A stretch of DNA of 27,664 nucleotides from positions 1-27,664 of the forward strand of contig CAZHPN010000068.1 in NCBI GenBank assembly GCA_964534375.1, read 5' to 3'. The translations under genes were made by a program, and so were the position numbers. Shown here in pieces: positions 15,874-24,443 of the stretch (the first letter of the stretch is position 1; every line of letters begins with the position of its first letter). The DNA is from an uncultured bacterium (lineage in GTDB: Bacteria > Lernaellota > Lernaellaia > Lernaellales > Lernaellaceae). The notes beneath the pieces were generated by a model, which made no database searches, was not told where the DNA came from, and saw nothing but the letters and a program-made list of their open reading frames with translations.

Positions 15874-17844
15874 ATGCGCTCCCCCTCATTTCTGACCGTA
15901 TCCGTGTTCGTGTGCCTGTTGGTTGCCGGCTGCGCGGCAACGGACCGCGGCGCCGCGGCGGCGATCCCGGCCGCGGCCGACGACGACAACGATGACAACG
16001 ACGACAACGACGACGATTCCTCGCCATATTCGCCATGCGAGTCGACGGCGACGGCCGTCTATTCGCTCGACGCCGGGGCGGTCGACATCCCGTACCCGAA
16101 CAATTTCTTCGCCGTCGCGGATCCGTCGACGCCGACCGGCCTGCACTTGCGCCTGGTCGGCGAAACCACCCGCATGCTCGACTACTTCCTGCCCGTAAAG
16201 GCGGTCCAATGCCTGCGTTGGGGCCTGAACACGTTGAACGGTTTCGGCACGATGCCGACGGGTTGGTTCACGCTCAGCGATCCGCCGAATCTCGACACGT
16301 TCTCCTTGCACGAGAAACCGACGTTCGACGACGGCGCGCTGCTGATTCGTCTGGGCGACGTCGCCGCCGATGACGCGCCGGTGGCCATCGTCCCCAGTTG
16401 GACGCCCGGCGACAAACTGCTGGAACTGGCGCCGCACACGCCGCTCGACCAGACGACGCGCTACGCATTCGTGCTCACCGATCGTACGCGCACCGCCGAC
16501 GGCCGCTGCTACGCCGCGTCGGCGACGTTCGATCGCATTCGCCGCGGCCAGCCCGCCACCGACGCCGAAGCGCACGCCGCCGAGGCGCTCGGCGACTTGT
16601 TCGACCGGCTCGCCGCGCACGGCATCGACCGGTTGGCCGTCAGCGCGGCGACGGTGTTCACGACGCAGGATTTGCGCACCGATATGGAAGACATTCGCAC
16701 CTATCTCGACACGCATGACGCGCCGGCGCTGGAGATCGACGAGGTGCAGCCGCCGCCCGCCGACTGGCAGGGCGTCAGCGAATTGCTCGTCGCGACGTTG
16801 CACGCGCAAAGCTGGCGCAACGCCGACGGCGCGCTGCAACGCGATGCGAGCGGCGCGCTCATGACCTTCGGCGACGAAAAGTTGGCGACGTGGATCGCCA
16901 TGCCCTTGCCGGAAAACGCACAAGAGCCGATGCCCGTCGTCGTGTTCCAACACGGATTCCAAGCGGACAAGAGCGAAATGAGCGGCGTCGTGCCGTGGCT
17001 GTGCACGGCCGGTTACGCCGTGGTCGGCATCGACCTCCCGGCGCACGGCTCGCGCAATCCGCTGCCGGCGTTCCTGAACGGCTGGGGTTACATGAACTTT
17101 TTCAATCCGCTCGCGTGGCGCGACAACAGCCGGCAGGCCGCGGCCGACCAGATGGCGCTGGTGCGGGGGCTGGCCAACCTGGCGAAGATGGACGTCTGGC
17201 CGCCGGGCGGCGACGGCAAGCCCGACCTCGACGTCGGCAACGTTTTGTTTCTCGGCCACAGCCTGGGCGCGATGACGGGCGGCATCACGACCGCGCTCGA
17301 TCCGACGTTCCAGGTCAGCGCGCTGCATGCGCCGTTCGCCGATTTCCACAGTTTGATTCTCAACAGCCCCTTCGGCGAAATCGCGTTGTTCATTCTGAAG
17401 GAAATTCAGGACCACGCCGGGTTGCCGGCCGACGACCGCACGCTGGAGTTCATGGACGTCTACTTTCCGATTCTCGAATCCGGCGTCATGCTCGGCTACG
17501 CGCCGCTTTACGGGCAGAGTCTGCCGGGCGGCTCCGGGCCGCCGGAGGCGCTGATCGAGATCAACGCCTTCGATTGGGCCGTGCCGCCGCCGTCGACGTA
17601 TCTGCTGCTGGGCTCCGCCGGCATTCCGCTGATGGAGCCGCTGGTGTACTCGGTGACGGGCCTGCAAACGATCGCCGCGCCGCACGCCGGAACCACGGCA
17701 TTTCAATACCCGACGGCGGTCCACGGGAGCCTGCTCGGCGATCCGTCGAACCCGGTTTTCGCCGCGGTTCAGCGCCAGGTCGTGACGTATTTCAATTCGA
17801 AGCTGGCGACCGGCGTAGCGGAAGCGATCAATCCGTGGGAATGA
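15874..17844 (+). CDS. Lipoprotein alpha/beta hydrolase (extracellular lipase Pla-1/Cef-like) with Asp-rich linker
   Basis: Lipobox LVAG-C; Asp tract; PYPNN...LNGFG...L.P..PL N-terminal domain; VVFQHG, GIDLPAHG and nucleophile elbow GHSLG; late His in VHGSL. Confidence 0.85.
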   Translation: MRSPSFLTVSVFVCLLVAGCAATDRGAAAAIPAAADDDNDDNDDNDDDSSPYSPCESTATAVYSLDAGAVDIPYPNNFFAVADPSTPTGLHLRLVGETTRMLDYFLPVKAVQCLRWGLNTLNGFGTMPTGWFTLSDPPNLDTFSLHEKPTFDDGALLIRLGDVAADDAPVAIVPSWTPGDKLLELAPHTPLDQTTRYAFVLTDRTRTADGRCYAASATFDRIRRGQPATDAEAHAAEALGDLFDRLAAHGIDRLAVSAATVFTTQDLRTDMEDIRTYLDTHDAPALEIDEVQPPPADWQGVSELLVATLHAQSWRNADGALQRDASGALMTFGDEKLATWIAMPLPENAQEPMPVVVFQHGFQADKSEMSGVVPWLCTAGYAVVGIDLPAHGSRNPLPAFLNGWGYMNFFNPLAWRDNSRQAAADQMALVRGLANLAKMDVWPPGGDGKPDLDVGNVLFLGHSLGAMTGGITTALDPTFQVSALHAPFADFHSLILNSPFGEIALFILKEIQDHAGLPADDRTLEFMDVYFPILESGVMLGYAPLYGQSLPGGSGPPEALIEINAFDWAVPPPSTYLLLGSAGIPLMEPLVYSVTGLQTIAAPHAGTTAFQYPTAVHGSLLGDPSNPVFAAVQRQVVTYFNSKLATGVAEAINPWE

Positions 17845-17912
17845 CGTCCCGCGACGCCCCGTTCGAGGGATGCCGACCGAAATAGTTACCGAATCTCAAT
17901 AATCTACCCTTG

Positions 17913-17941
17913 TTGACATCGGCCCTAACGGTGCCTATATA
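17913..17941 (+). promoter_or_regulatory. Sigma70-type promoter of the CDF gene
   Basis: TTGACA-N17-TATATA. Confidence 0.6.
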
Positions 17942-17985
17942 TTTTTTGAGTCCGCATCAGTTCTGCTTATGGTTTCTTTGGGGGC

Positions 17986-18969
17986 GTGTCACCTGTGAGC
18001 GTCGATCGCCGCAAAGCGCTGGCCGCGTGGGTTTCGGTCGGCTCGAACAGTTCGCTGATGGCGCTGAAGCTGTGCGTCGGTTTCCTGACCGGCTCCGTGT
18101 CGGTGCTATCCGAGGCGGTCCATTCAGGCATCGACTTGCTTGCGGCGGTGGTCACGTTGACCGCGGTGAAATCCGCCGCCCTGCCGGCTGACGAGAACCA
18201 CCCATACGGCCACGGCAAATTCGAGAACGTCTCCGGCACGCTCGAAGCGGCGCTGATTCTCGGGGCGGCGATTTGGATTATCGTCGAGGCCGTTCAAAAA
18301 ATTCGCCACCCGCAGCCGCTCGGCGCGCCGTTTTGGGGCGTAGTCGTGATGCTGATTTCCGCGGCGGCCAACTGGCGCGTGTCCCGCTACCTGCTCAGCG
18401 CGGGCCAGGAAACGGAATCGGTGGCCCTGGTGGCCGACGCCTCGCACTTGCGCACCGACGTTTACACGTCCGCCGGCGTGATGGCCGGCCTGGCGGCAAT
18501 CACGGTCGGCCGCTGGTTTTTCCCGCGCGCCGCGCTGCACCTCATCGACCCGATCGCCGCACTCTTCGTCGCGGCGCTGATTCTGCGCGCCGCGGTCAAA
18601 CTGACGGTGCAGGCCGGCCGCGACCTGGTGGACTTCAGCCTGCCGCCCGCGGAAGAGGCCGATATCCGCACGTGCATCGACCGTTTCGCCGGCGGCAGTT
18701 GCGGCTACCACAAGCTGCGCACGCGCAAATCCGGCCCGCAGCGTTTCGTCGAATTTCACCTGTTGGTCGATCCGGCGATGAGCGTCGTCGATTCGCACCG
18801 CATCACCGAAAAATTAGAGACCTGCATCCGCGAGAAGCTGCCGGAAACGAACGTGCTGGTGCACATCGAACCGTGCGACGGCGTCTGCAGCGAATCGTGC
18901 GAAGAGGGCTGCTTGCTGACGCCCGAGCAGCGCGCCGAGCGGCAGCAGACCGCAGCGGGAAAGGCGTAG
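17986..18969 (+). CDS. Cation diffusion facilitator (FieF-like) metal transporter
   Basis: SEAVHSGID, PADENHPYGHGKFE, ADASHLRTD, IDP, HKLRTRKSG and VHIEP; the start may be GTG 17995. Confidence 0.93.
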   Translation: MSPVSVDRRKALAAWVSVGSNSSLMALKLCVGFLTGSVSVLSEAVHSGIDLLAAVVTLTAVKSAALPADENHPYGHGKFENVSGTLEAALILGAAIWIIVEAVQKIRHPQPLGAPFWGVVVMLISAAANWRVSRYLLSAGQETESVALVADASHLRTDVYTSAGVMAGLAAITVGRWFFPRAALHLIDPIAALFVAALILRAAVKLTVQAGRDLVDFSLPPAEEADIRTCIDRFAGGSCGYHKLRTRKSGPQRFVEFHLLVDPAMSVVDSHRITEKLETCIREKLPETNVLVHIEPCDGVCSESCEEGCLLTPEQRAERQQTAAGKA

Positions 18970-19077
18970 AACCGCACCCTGGCGCGTTTCCCGGCAACCC
19001 GGCAGCAGCGTTTTCCGCATGCGGCGCTAAACCGCGGCGGTTGACCCGCCGCGGCCGGCAGCGCCATAACTATTTCA

Positions 19078-19362
19078 ATGACCGCCTGTCCGAATTTGAC
19101 CGTTGACCCGACCCACTGGCCGGCGGAGGCCATTTACGACAACATCGCGATGTTCACCAATGTGGGCGCCGACCATGGCGGCAATCTGAACGCCACGTGG
19201 AATATGTTAAAATGGCTTTGGCTTGATTTTCCGGGACAATTCCCCTATGAATTCGTCACGCAAAATGGCGACGGCACGACCACCACTCAGTGGTTGCCGT
19301 CGCCGGCGGGTCCGGTGACGGCGCCTGCTTTCGCGGTGCGCGGCGGGTCAGGACTCCGATAA
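19078..19362 (+). CDS. Hypothetical 94-aa ORF, possibly a gene fragment
   Basis: Protein-like Trp/Pro/Thr composition, fills the gap between two plus-strand genes, no clear RBS, no recognised motif. Confidence 0.35.
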   Translation: MTACPNLTVDPTHWPAEAIYDNIAMFTNVGADHGGNLNATWNMLKWLWLDFPGQFPYEFVTQNGDGTTTTQWLPSPAGPVTAPAFAVRGGSGLR

Positions 19363-19410
19363 CGGGGACCGCCGGCGCGCGCCGGCGATAGTTTGGTTGA
19401 GGAGGAGAAC

Positions 19411-20601
19411 ATGCAGCGCACGATGGCAGTTATTCTGAGCCTGCTCCTCGTCGGGTTGTTCGCCGGCGCGTGCGCGCCGCACGGCCACGCTGGCGACGAC
19501 GACCAGAGCCCCACGGCCGATGACGACAACGACTCCATCGACGACGATGGGTCGCCTGATGACGATGACAATGACAACGACGACCTTTCGCCGCCGGTCG
19601 ATGACGACGATGACGATGATGATGACGACGACGACAACGATAACGACGACGCTTCGCCGGTCGACGACGACACGAGCAGTAGTCTCTACGGGGTGTGGGG
19701 CGCGTCACCCTCGGATGTCTTCGCCGTCGGCGCATTACTTTCTTCCGTGCCGTCTCCGATCGTCCTCCATTACGACGGCGCGGCCTGGTCCGCAATCGCG
19801 AGTGCTTCGGCAGTGGAAAATCTAAATTCCGTCTGGGGGTTTTCCCACACTGATGTATTCGCCGTGGGCGCGGACTCGACCGGCAGCGCGCTTGTGGAAC
19901 GTTTCGACGGCTCCGCTTGGTCGGCGATGCCCGGCGTCATCGGAACCGGTCCCTTAACGGGTATCTGGGGCGACGCACCGACGGATATATTCGCTGTGGG
20001 CTACCAACCCTCGTACGTGCCGTTGCCGTTCATCCTCCATTACGACGGTTCATCATGGGCAACGTCGGCGGGCGATTTTCAGTCGGACATGCTATTCGGC
20101 GTCTGGGGCGCGTCGGGCGGCAATGTGTTTGCTGTCGGATGCGAGGTCGGCGACAGCGGTTGTAATTCCGGCGCCGTCTTCCACTTCGACGGCATTTCTT
20201 GGTCCCGGATGCCGAATACCGGGTCGGCCCACGTTTATTCCGGCGTCTCTGGCTCGTCGCTCACCGATGTGTATGCAGTCGGCGACGCCGTCGAACATTA
20301 CAACGGATCCGGTTGGTCGCCCGTTGACGCTCCGGCCGGCACGTTCGCTGCGGTTTGGGTTGAATCGCCTACCGAGGTATTCGCCGTCGGCCGAGAGGTG
20401 ATCGCGCATTACAATGGCGTCGTGTGGTCGCCCATGTCCGGGTTTGAACGTGGCTCATTTCAAGGCGTCTGGGGCGCGTCGTCGTCAGATGTCTATGCCG
20501 TCGGCAACGACGACCAAATCAGTGCAATGATTTTGCACTACGACGGCATGGTCTGGACGCGTCAGTGGCCGCCACCACCGAGTCTGTTTTTCCAAAGGTG
20601 A
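19411..20601 (+). CDS. Lipoprotein with a long Asp-rich stalk and seven VWG-S--DVFAVG...HYDG--W repeats (predicted 7-bladed beta-propeller)
   Basis: GGAGGAG RBS before ATG 19411; lipobox FAGA-C; seven repeats counted in the translation. Confidence 0.88.
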   Translation: MQRTMAVILSLLLVGLFAGACAPHGHAGDDDQSPTADDDNDSIDDDGSPDDDDNDNDDLSPPVDDDDDDDDDDDDNDNDDASPVDDDTSSSLYGVWGASPSDVFAVGALLSSVPSPIVLHYDGAAWSAIASASAVENLNSVWGFSHTDVFAVGADSTGSALVERFDGSAWSAMPGVIGTGPLTGIWGDAPTDIFAVGYQPSYVPLPFILHYDGSSWATSAGDFQSDMLFGVWGASGGNVFAVGCEVGDSGCNSGAVFHFDGISWSRMPNTGSAHVYSGVSGSSLTDVYAVGDAVEHYNGSGWSPVDAPAGTFAAVWVESPTEVFAVGREVIAHYNGVVWSPMSGFERGSFQGVWGASSSDVYAVGNDDQISAMILHYDGMVWTRQWPPPPSLFFQR

Positions 20602-20662
20602 TTCAAGCCACGCGGCGGTGGCATAGAAAAAGCTGGCCTCCGAAATCGGCCTTTCTCGATCC

Positions 20663-20690
20663 TGCGGAAAAATCAAAAGATTTTTCCGCA
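20663..20690. other. Perfect 12-bp inverted repeat between convergent genes (possible terminator or protein-binding site)
   Basis: TGCGGAAAAATC-AAAA-GATTTTTCCGCA; no canonical downstream U-tract on either strand. Confidence 0.5.
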
Positions 20691-20768
20691 CAAAAAAACG
20701 GCTTCAAGAATCCTTTGTTTCCAGGGGGTTCAAGTGTGACCCATTCCGGTCGTGGCCGAAGGCCGCGG

Positions 20769-22226
20769 TCAATCGTAGCTCGTGCAGCGCTGCCACCCGC
20801 CGAACTGTTCTTCGAGAAACTTCGCCACGCGGAAGACCAGTTGCTCGCGGCCGACGCGCCCGGCCACCTGCAGGCCGATCGGCAGGCCGTCGGCGGAGCG
20901 GCCGCAGGGCACGACGATCGCCGGCAGGCCGAAGGCGTTCGCCAGCGTGATAAACGGCAGCACCCAGCGGAAGGTTTTGGCGATGTGCATGATCTCGGCG
21001 TAAACCTCGCCGTGTTTCTTGGCGGGCGTCGGATACGCGGGCGTCACGAACACGCCGCTGTCGCCGAGCAAGTCGTCGATCGCTTGCTTGTCCCGGGCGA
21101 TTTCCGCCAGCACCCAACGGCTCTGCTTTTCGTTCGGCGGAAAGAGGTTCGTGCCGACAAACGCCCACGACAGCCACCAGTGGTTGACCGACGGCAGGCC
21201 CAGCCGCGCGCGCAGGTTATCATAGATGATGTAGGCGAGCGATCGGCCCGGATAGGCGACCTCCATATAGCGTTTGGCGCGGTCCTCGCTCATCACCATT
21301 TGCCAGATGACCGGCGCGTCTTTTGCGTACGGCGGCGCATCGCGGTCGAGCGTGGCGCCGTGCGCCGCGAGCGCCTGCTGCGCCTTTTCCAGCGTCGCGG
21401 TCGTTTCCGGCGAGCAGACCGTCTTGTGGAACGAACCGTACGTCACCACTTTCAATTCCGCCGGCAGCGACCAATCGGTCGGCGGCGCGAACTCGGGAAA
21501 CGCGACCGAATACAGCAGCGCGGCGTCGCGCACGCTTTTCACGATCGGCCCGTAGCCGAGCATGTTGTCCTGATTCGGCGTCCCGTAATACGGATAATGC
21601 CCGCCGAAGAGGAAGCGATGCGCGCCGGGTTTGAAGCCGACCACGCCGTTGAAGTGCGAGGGGATGCGAATCGACCCGCCGATATCCGAACCGTAGCCCG
21701 CCGCCGCGCCGCCGACGGCCAGCAGCGCCGCCTCGCCGCCGCTGGAGCCGCCCGTGGTGCGTTCGAGGTTCCACGGATTGTTCGAGCGCCCGAAGAGCAG
21801 GTTGTCGGTCTCCTGGCAGAAACACAGTTCGGGCGTGTTGGTCTTGTTCAAGATGATCGCGCCGGCCTCGCGCAGCTTCGCCGCCGTCGGCGCCTGCGTC
21901 TGCACGACGTTGTCCTTGTTGCGCCGCAGCCCGCCGGTCGAACGCAGGCCGGGCACATCGAACGCTTCCTTGATGCTCATCGGCACGCCGAACAGTGCGC
22001 CGTCCATTTTCCCGGCGGCGAGCAGCGCGTCGCATTTCGCGGCCTCGGCGCGCGCGGCGGCGTAACGCTCGTCGGTGATCGCGTTGAGCTGCGGATTAGC
22101 GCGCTGCTGCTGCGCGATGCAGACCTCGACCGCTTCGCTCGGCGTCAGCGTTCCGGCGCGATAGGCCGCGAGCACGGCCGTCGCGTCCATGTCGAGAATT
22201 TGCGCTGGCGCGTTTTTGTCAGTCAC
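20769..22226 (-). CDS. Amidase-signature family protein (fatty-acid amide hydrolase-like)
   Basis: GVPMSIKE (Lys), GGSSGGEAA and GSDIGGSIRIP (Ser-cisSer), GLPIGLQ; GGAGG RBS before GTG 22226. Confidence 0.93.
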   Translation of the reverse strand: MTDKNAPAQILDMDATAVLAAYRAGTLTPSEAVEVCIAQQQRANPQLNAITDERYAAARAEAAKCDALLAAGKMDGALFGVPMSIKEAFDVPGLRSTGGLRRNKDNVVQTQAPTAAKLREAGAIILNKTNTPELCFCQETDNLLFGRSNNPWNLERTTGGSSGGEAALLAVGGAAAGYGSDIGGSIRIPSHFNGVVGFKPGAHRFLFGGHYPYYGTPNQDNMLGYGPIVKSVRDAALLYSVAFPEFAPPTDWSLPAELKVVTYGSFHKTVCSPETTATLEKAQQALAAHGATLDRDAPPYAKDAPVIWQMVMSEDRAKRYMEVAYPGRSLAYIIYDNLRARLGLPSVNHWWLSWAFVGTNLFPPNEKQSRWVLAEIARDKQAIDDLLGDSGVFVTPAYPTPAKKHGEVYAEIMHIAKTFRWVLPFITLANAFGLPAIVVPCGRSADGLPIGLQVAGRVGREQLVFRVAKFLEEQFGGWQRCTSYD

Positions 22227-22416
22227 GGCTTTTCCTCCGTCGCGCATTCGGCGACTTCTTGCGGTCGAACGGCGCCAACCTTAGCACCGCCCGACGGCGA
22301 AAGTCGAACGCTTGCCCGATCGGCGCGGCGCGAAAAACCCGAAGTCGATTGACTCCGGCGACTTGGAATGATTACAGAGTGAATCAGCCGTGCTAACCAA
22401 GAAAGGATAGGAAGCC

Positions 22417-22752
22417 ATGGCAATCGTAATGAAAATGAGTTGGAAGGAAATGAGCGTCAAGGACTATGAGAAAGCCCACGAGATTCTCCGCTTGGACATC
22501 AACCCGGCGATCGGTCTGATCTTCCACACCTCGTGGTTGACCAAGGACGGCCTCAACGTGTTGGACGTTTGGGAGTCCAAGAACGCGTACGAGACCTTCG
22601 TCAAGGATCGGTTGCTGCCGGTCGCGAAGGGCCAGTTGAAAATCGCCGGCGAACCGAAGGTGGAGATTCTGCCGGCCAACTTCTATTTCAAGCCCGTTAC
22701 GCCCAACGATTGCGAAGCGTACGACAAGACCACCCATACGTTTACGGCCTGA
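22417..22752 (+). CDS. 111-aa hypothetical protein, probable dimeric alpha-beta barrel (ABM-like); paralogue 1
   Basis: Y.....PA.GLIFH....DG..V.DVWES...F...RL.P pattern; AGAAAGGATAGGAA leader; clear paralogue immediately downstream. Confidence 0.85.
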   Translation: MAIVMKMSWKEMSVKDYEKAHEILRLDINPAIGLIFHTSWLTKDGLNVLDVWESKNAYETFVKDRLLPVAKGQLKIAGEPKVEILPANFYFKPVTPNDCEAYDKTTHTFTA

Positions 22753-22776
22753 ACGCCATCGGCGAGTAAAACGAAG

Positions 22777-22810
22777 CGGAGGCCGTCCGCGAACAAGTTG
22801 GCGGCCTCCG
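22777..22810 (+). terminator. Intergenic hairpin after paralogue 1
   Basis: CGGAGGCCG...CGGCCTCCG stem; homologous hairpin 423 nt downstream; no U-tract. Confidence 0.45.
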
Positions 22811-22839
22811 TCCGTACGAACGAAGAAAGGATAGGAAAC

Positions 22840-23175
22840 ATGGCAATTATCGTAAAAAGGACTTGGAAGGACGTTACATTGGCGGATTACGAGAAGGCGC
22901 GGCAACTCGTCGCGTGGGAAGCCAACCCCGCGGCCGGTTTGATTTTCCACGCTGCGTCATACGCGAAGGGTGAACTCAGCGTGCTGGAAGTTTGGGAAAA
23001 CGAAAACGCGCTCAACAAATACGTCAAAGATCGATTGCTGCCGGTCGTGAAGGGCCAAATGAAAATCGCCAGCGATCCGAAGACGGAGATTCTGCCGGCC
23101 ATCGCCTACTTCAAGCCCGTCTCGCCGAACGATTGCGACACGTACGACAAGACGACGCACTCGTTTACGCACTAA
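22840..23175 (+). CDS. 111-aa hypothetical protein, ABM-like; paralogue 2
   Basis: Same length and leader as 22417-22752; shares GLIFH, VWE, VKDRLLPV.KGQ.KIA, YFKPV.PNDC..YDKTTH. Confidence 0.85.
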   Translation: MAIIVKRTWKDVTLADYEKARQLVAWEANPAAGLIFHAASYAKGELSVLEVWENENALNKYVKDRLLPVVKGQMKIASDPKTEILPAIAYFKPVSPNDCDTYDKTTHSFTH

Positions 23176-23202
23176 AGTCTATCGGCGCGCAGAACCAAAC
23201 GG

Positions 23203-23230
23203 AGGCCGCCCGCGAAAGAGTGGGCGGCCT
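23203..23230 (+). terminator. Hairpin after paralogue 2, possible terminator
   Basis: AGGCCGCCCGC-GAAAGA-GTGGGCGGCCT followed by AT-rich ACTTAATTT. Confidence 0.5.
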
Positions 23231-23320
23231 ACTTAATTTACGCCGCCCCGCAGCGAAAGCCGCGGGCCCGGCTTGTCGCCCGCTCGGCATTTTTGCATGA
23301 TGGCGTCCGAAGGAGATCCC

Positions 23321-23875
23321 ATGAAAAAATCGCTGGGCGCGAAAAATTGCCTGTATCCGTTGCCGACGGTGCTCATCGGCGCGAATGTCGGCGGCAGGCC
23401 GAATTTCGTCACGATGGCGCACGTGGGGATCATGGACCTGGGCTCGGTGTCGCTGGGCATGAACAAGACCCATTACAGCAACGCCGGCATCAAGGAAAAC
23501 CAGACGTTCAGCGTCAATCTGCCGAGCGTCGCGATGGTGAAGGAAACCGATTATTGCGGGCTCGTGTCGGGCAAAGACGCCAACAAGGCGGCGCTGTTCG
23601 AAACCTTCTACGGCAAGCTGAAAACCGCGCCGATGATTCGCCAGTGCCCGCTGAACATGGAGTGCCGGCTGATCCAGACCGTCGATTTTCCACGCCACGA
23701 CATTTTCATCGGCGAGGTCGTCGAAACCCACTGCGACGAGGAATTCCTCACCGACGGCCTGCCGGATTTCGCCAAAATTCAGCCCCTCCTGTTCGTCATG
23801 AGCGACCGCAGCTACTACCGCCTCGGCGACCGCTTCGCGAAAGCGTGGAGTGTGGGCAAAGAGCTGATGAAATAG
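23321..23875 (+). CDS. Flavin reductase family protein (flavoredoxin-like)
   Basis: LYPLPTVLIG, G.PN, FSVNLPS, TDYCG.VSG, AP.I..CP.N.EC, HDIFIGEVV; AAGGAG RBS before ATG 23321. Confidence 0.92.
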   Translation: MKKSLGAKNCLYPLPTVLIGANVGGRPNFVTMAHVGIMDLGSVSLGMNKTHYSNAGIKENQTFSVNLPSVAMVKETDYCGLVSGKDANKAALFETFYGKLKTAPMIRQCPLNMECRLIQTVDFPRHDIFIGEVVETHCDEEFLTDGLPDFAKIQPLLFVMSDRSYYRLGDRFAKAWSVGKELMK

Positions 23876-23879
23876 CGCC

Positions 23880-24443
23880 TCAAAGAAGGCTTGGTTGAAC
23901 CGGATCCGCCGTCACGGCGTCGCACGAGTCTTTTTCCGCAGAGGATTTTCGGAGAACGGAATGTCGGATTTCTTCGGGATACCGCGCGAAAAGCGGTGGC
24001 CAGTCTGTCTCGCTCTTGAGTTCCACAAACATGCGTGCCGGCGCGAGGTACGCGACAACTTTCTTGCTTCGGCGAACGAGCCGGCGCACGTTCATCAACG
24101 TGCCGACGCTTTGCCAGTCCAGGAGCATGAAGCCGAATGACGCCTCGTCAGCCATTGCGCAGTCCTTCGTCGCGTAAAACGAGAAATCCTTGCGGTTTCC
24201 CGGGGCCGAAATCATTCGCGTCGGCCAGCCGCCGATGTTGTTCCGGCACGAGTCGCCCGCGCAAAACACTTCGACCAAATCGTAATTTTTCGCGTGCAAA
24301 TAGCTTTGCACAATTTTGTCGGCGCCGTTCGCGTCGCCGATAATTACGAACAGACGTTTTTCGACGATGCGGTCCAAACGTCGCTTCACATCCGGGTCCA
24401 GGAAACGAATGCGCCGGGAACCGCCCAGAAAGACCTTGGTCAT
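23880..24443 (-). CDS. SLOG-superfamily (Smf/DprA-LOG-like Rossmann fold) hypothetical protein
   Basis: VFLGGSR, IIGDANGAD, KD.AMAD.A, W.S.GT..N are the glycine-rich motifs of the SLOG fold; its ATG overlaps the upstream stop (ATGA). Confidence 0.8.
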   Translation of the reverse strand: MTKVFLGGSRRIRFLDPDVKRRLDRIVEKRLFVIIGDANGADKIVQSYLHAKNYDLVEVFCAGDSCRNNIGGWPTRMISAPGNRKDFSFYATKDCAMADEASFGFMLLDWQSVGTLMNVRRLVRRSKKVVAYLAPARMFVELKSETDWPPLFARYPEEIRHSVLRKSSAEKDSCDAVTADPVQPSLL

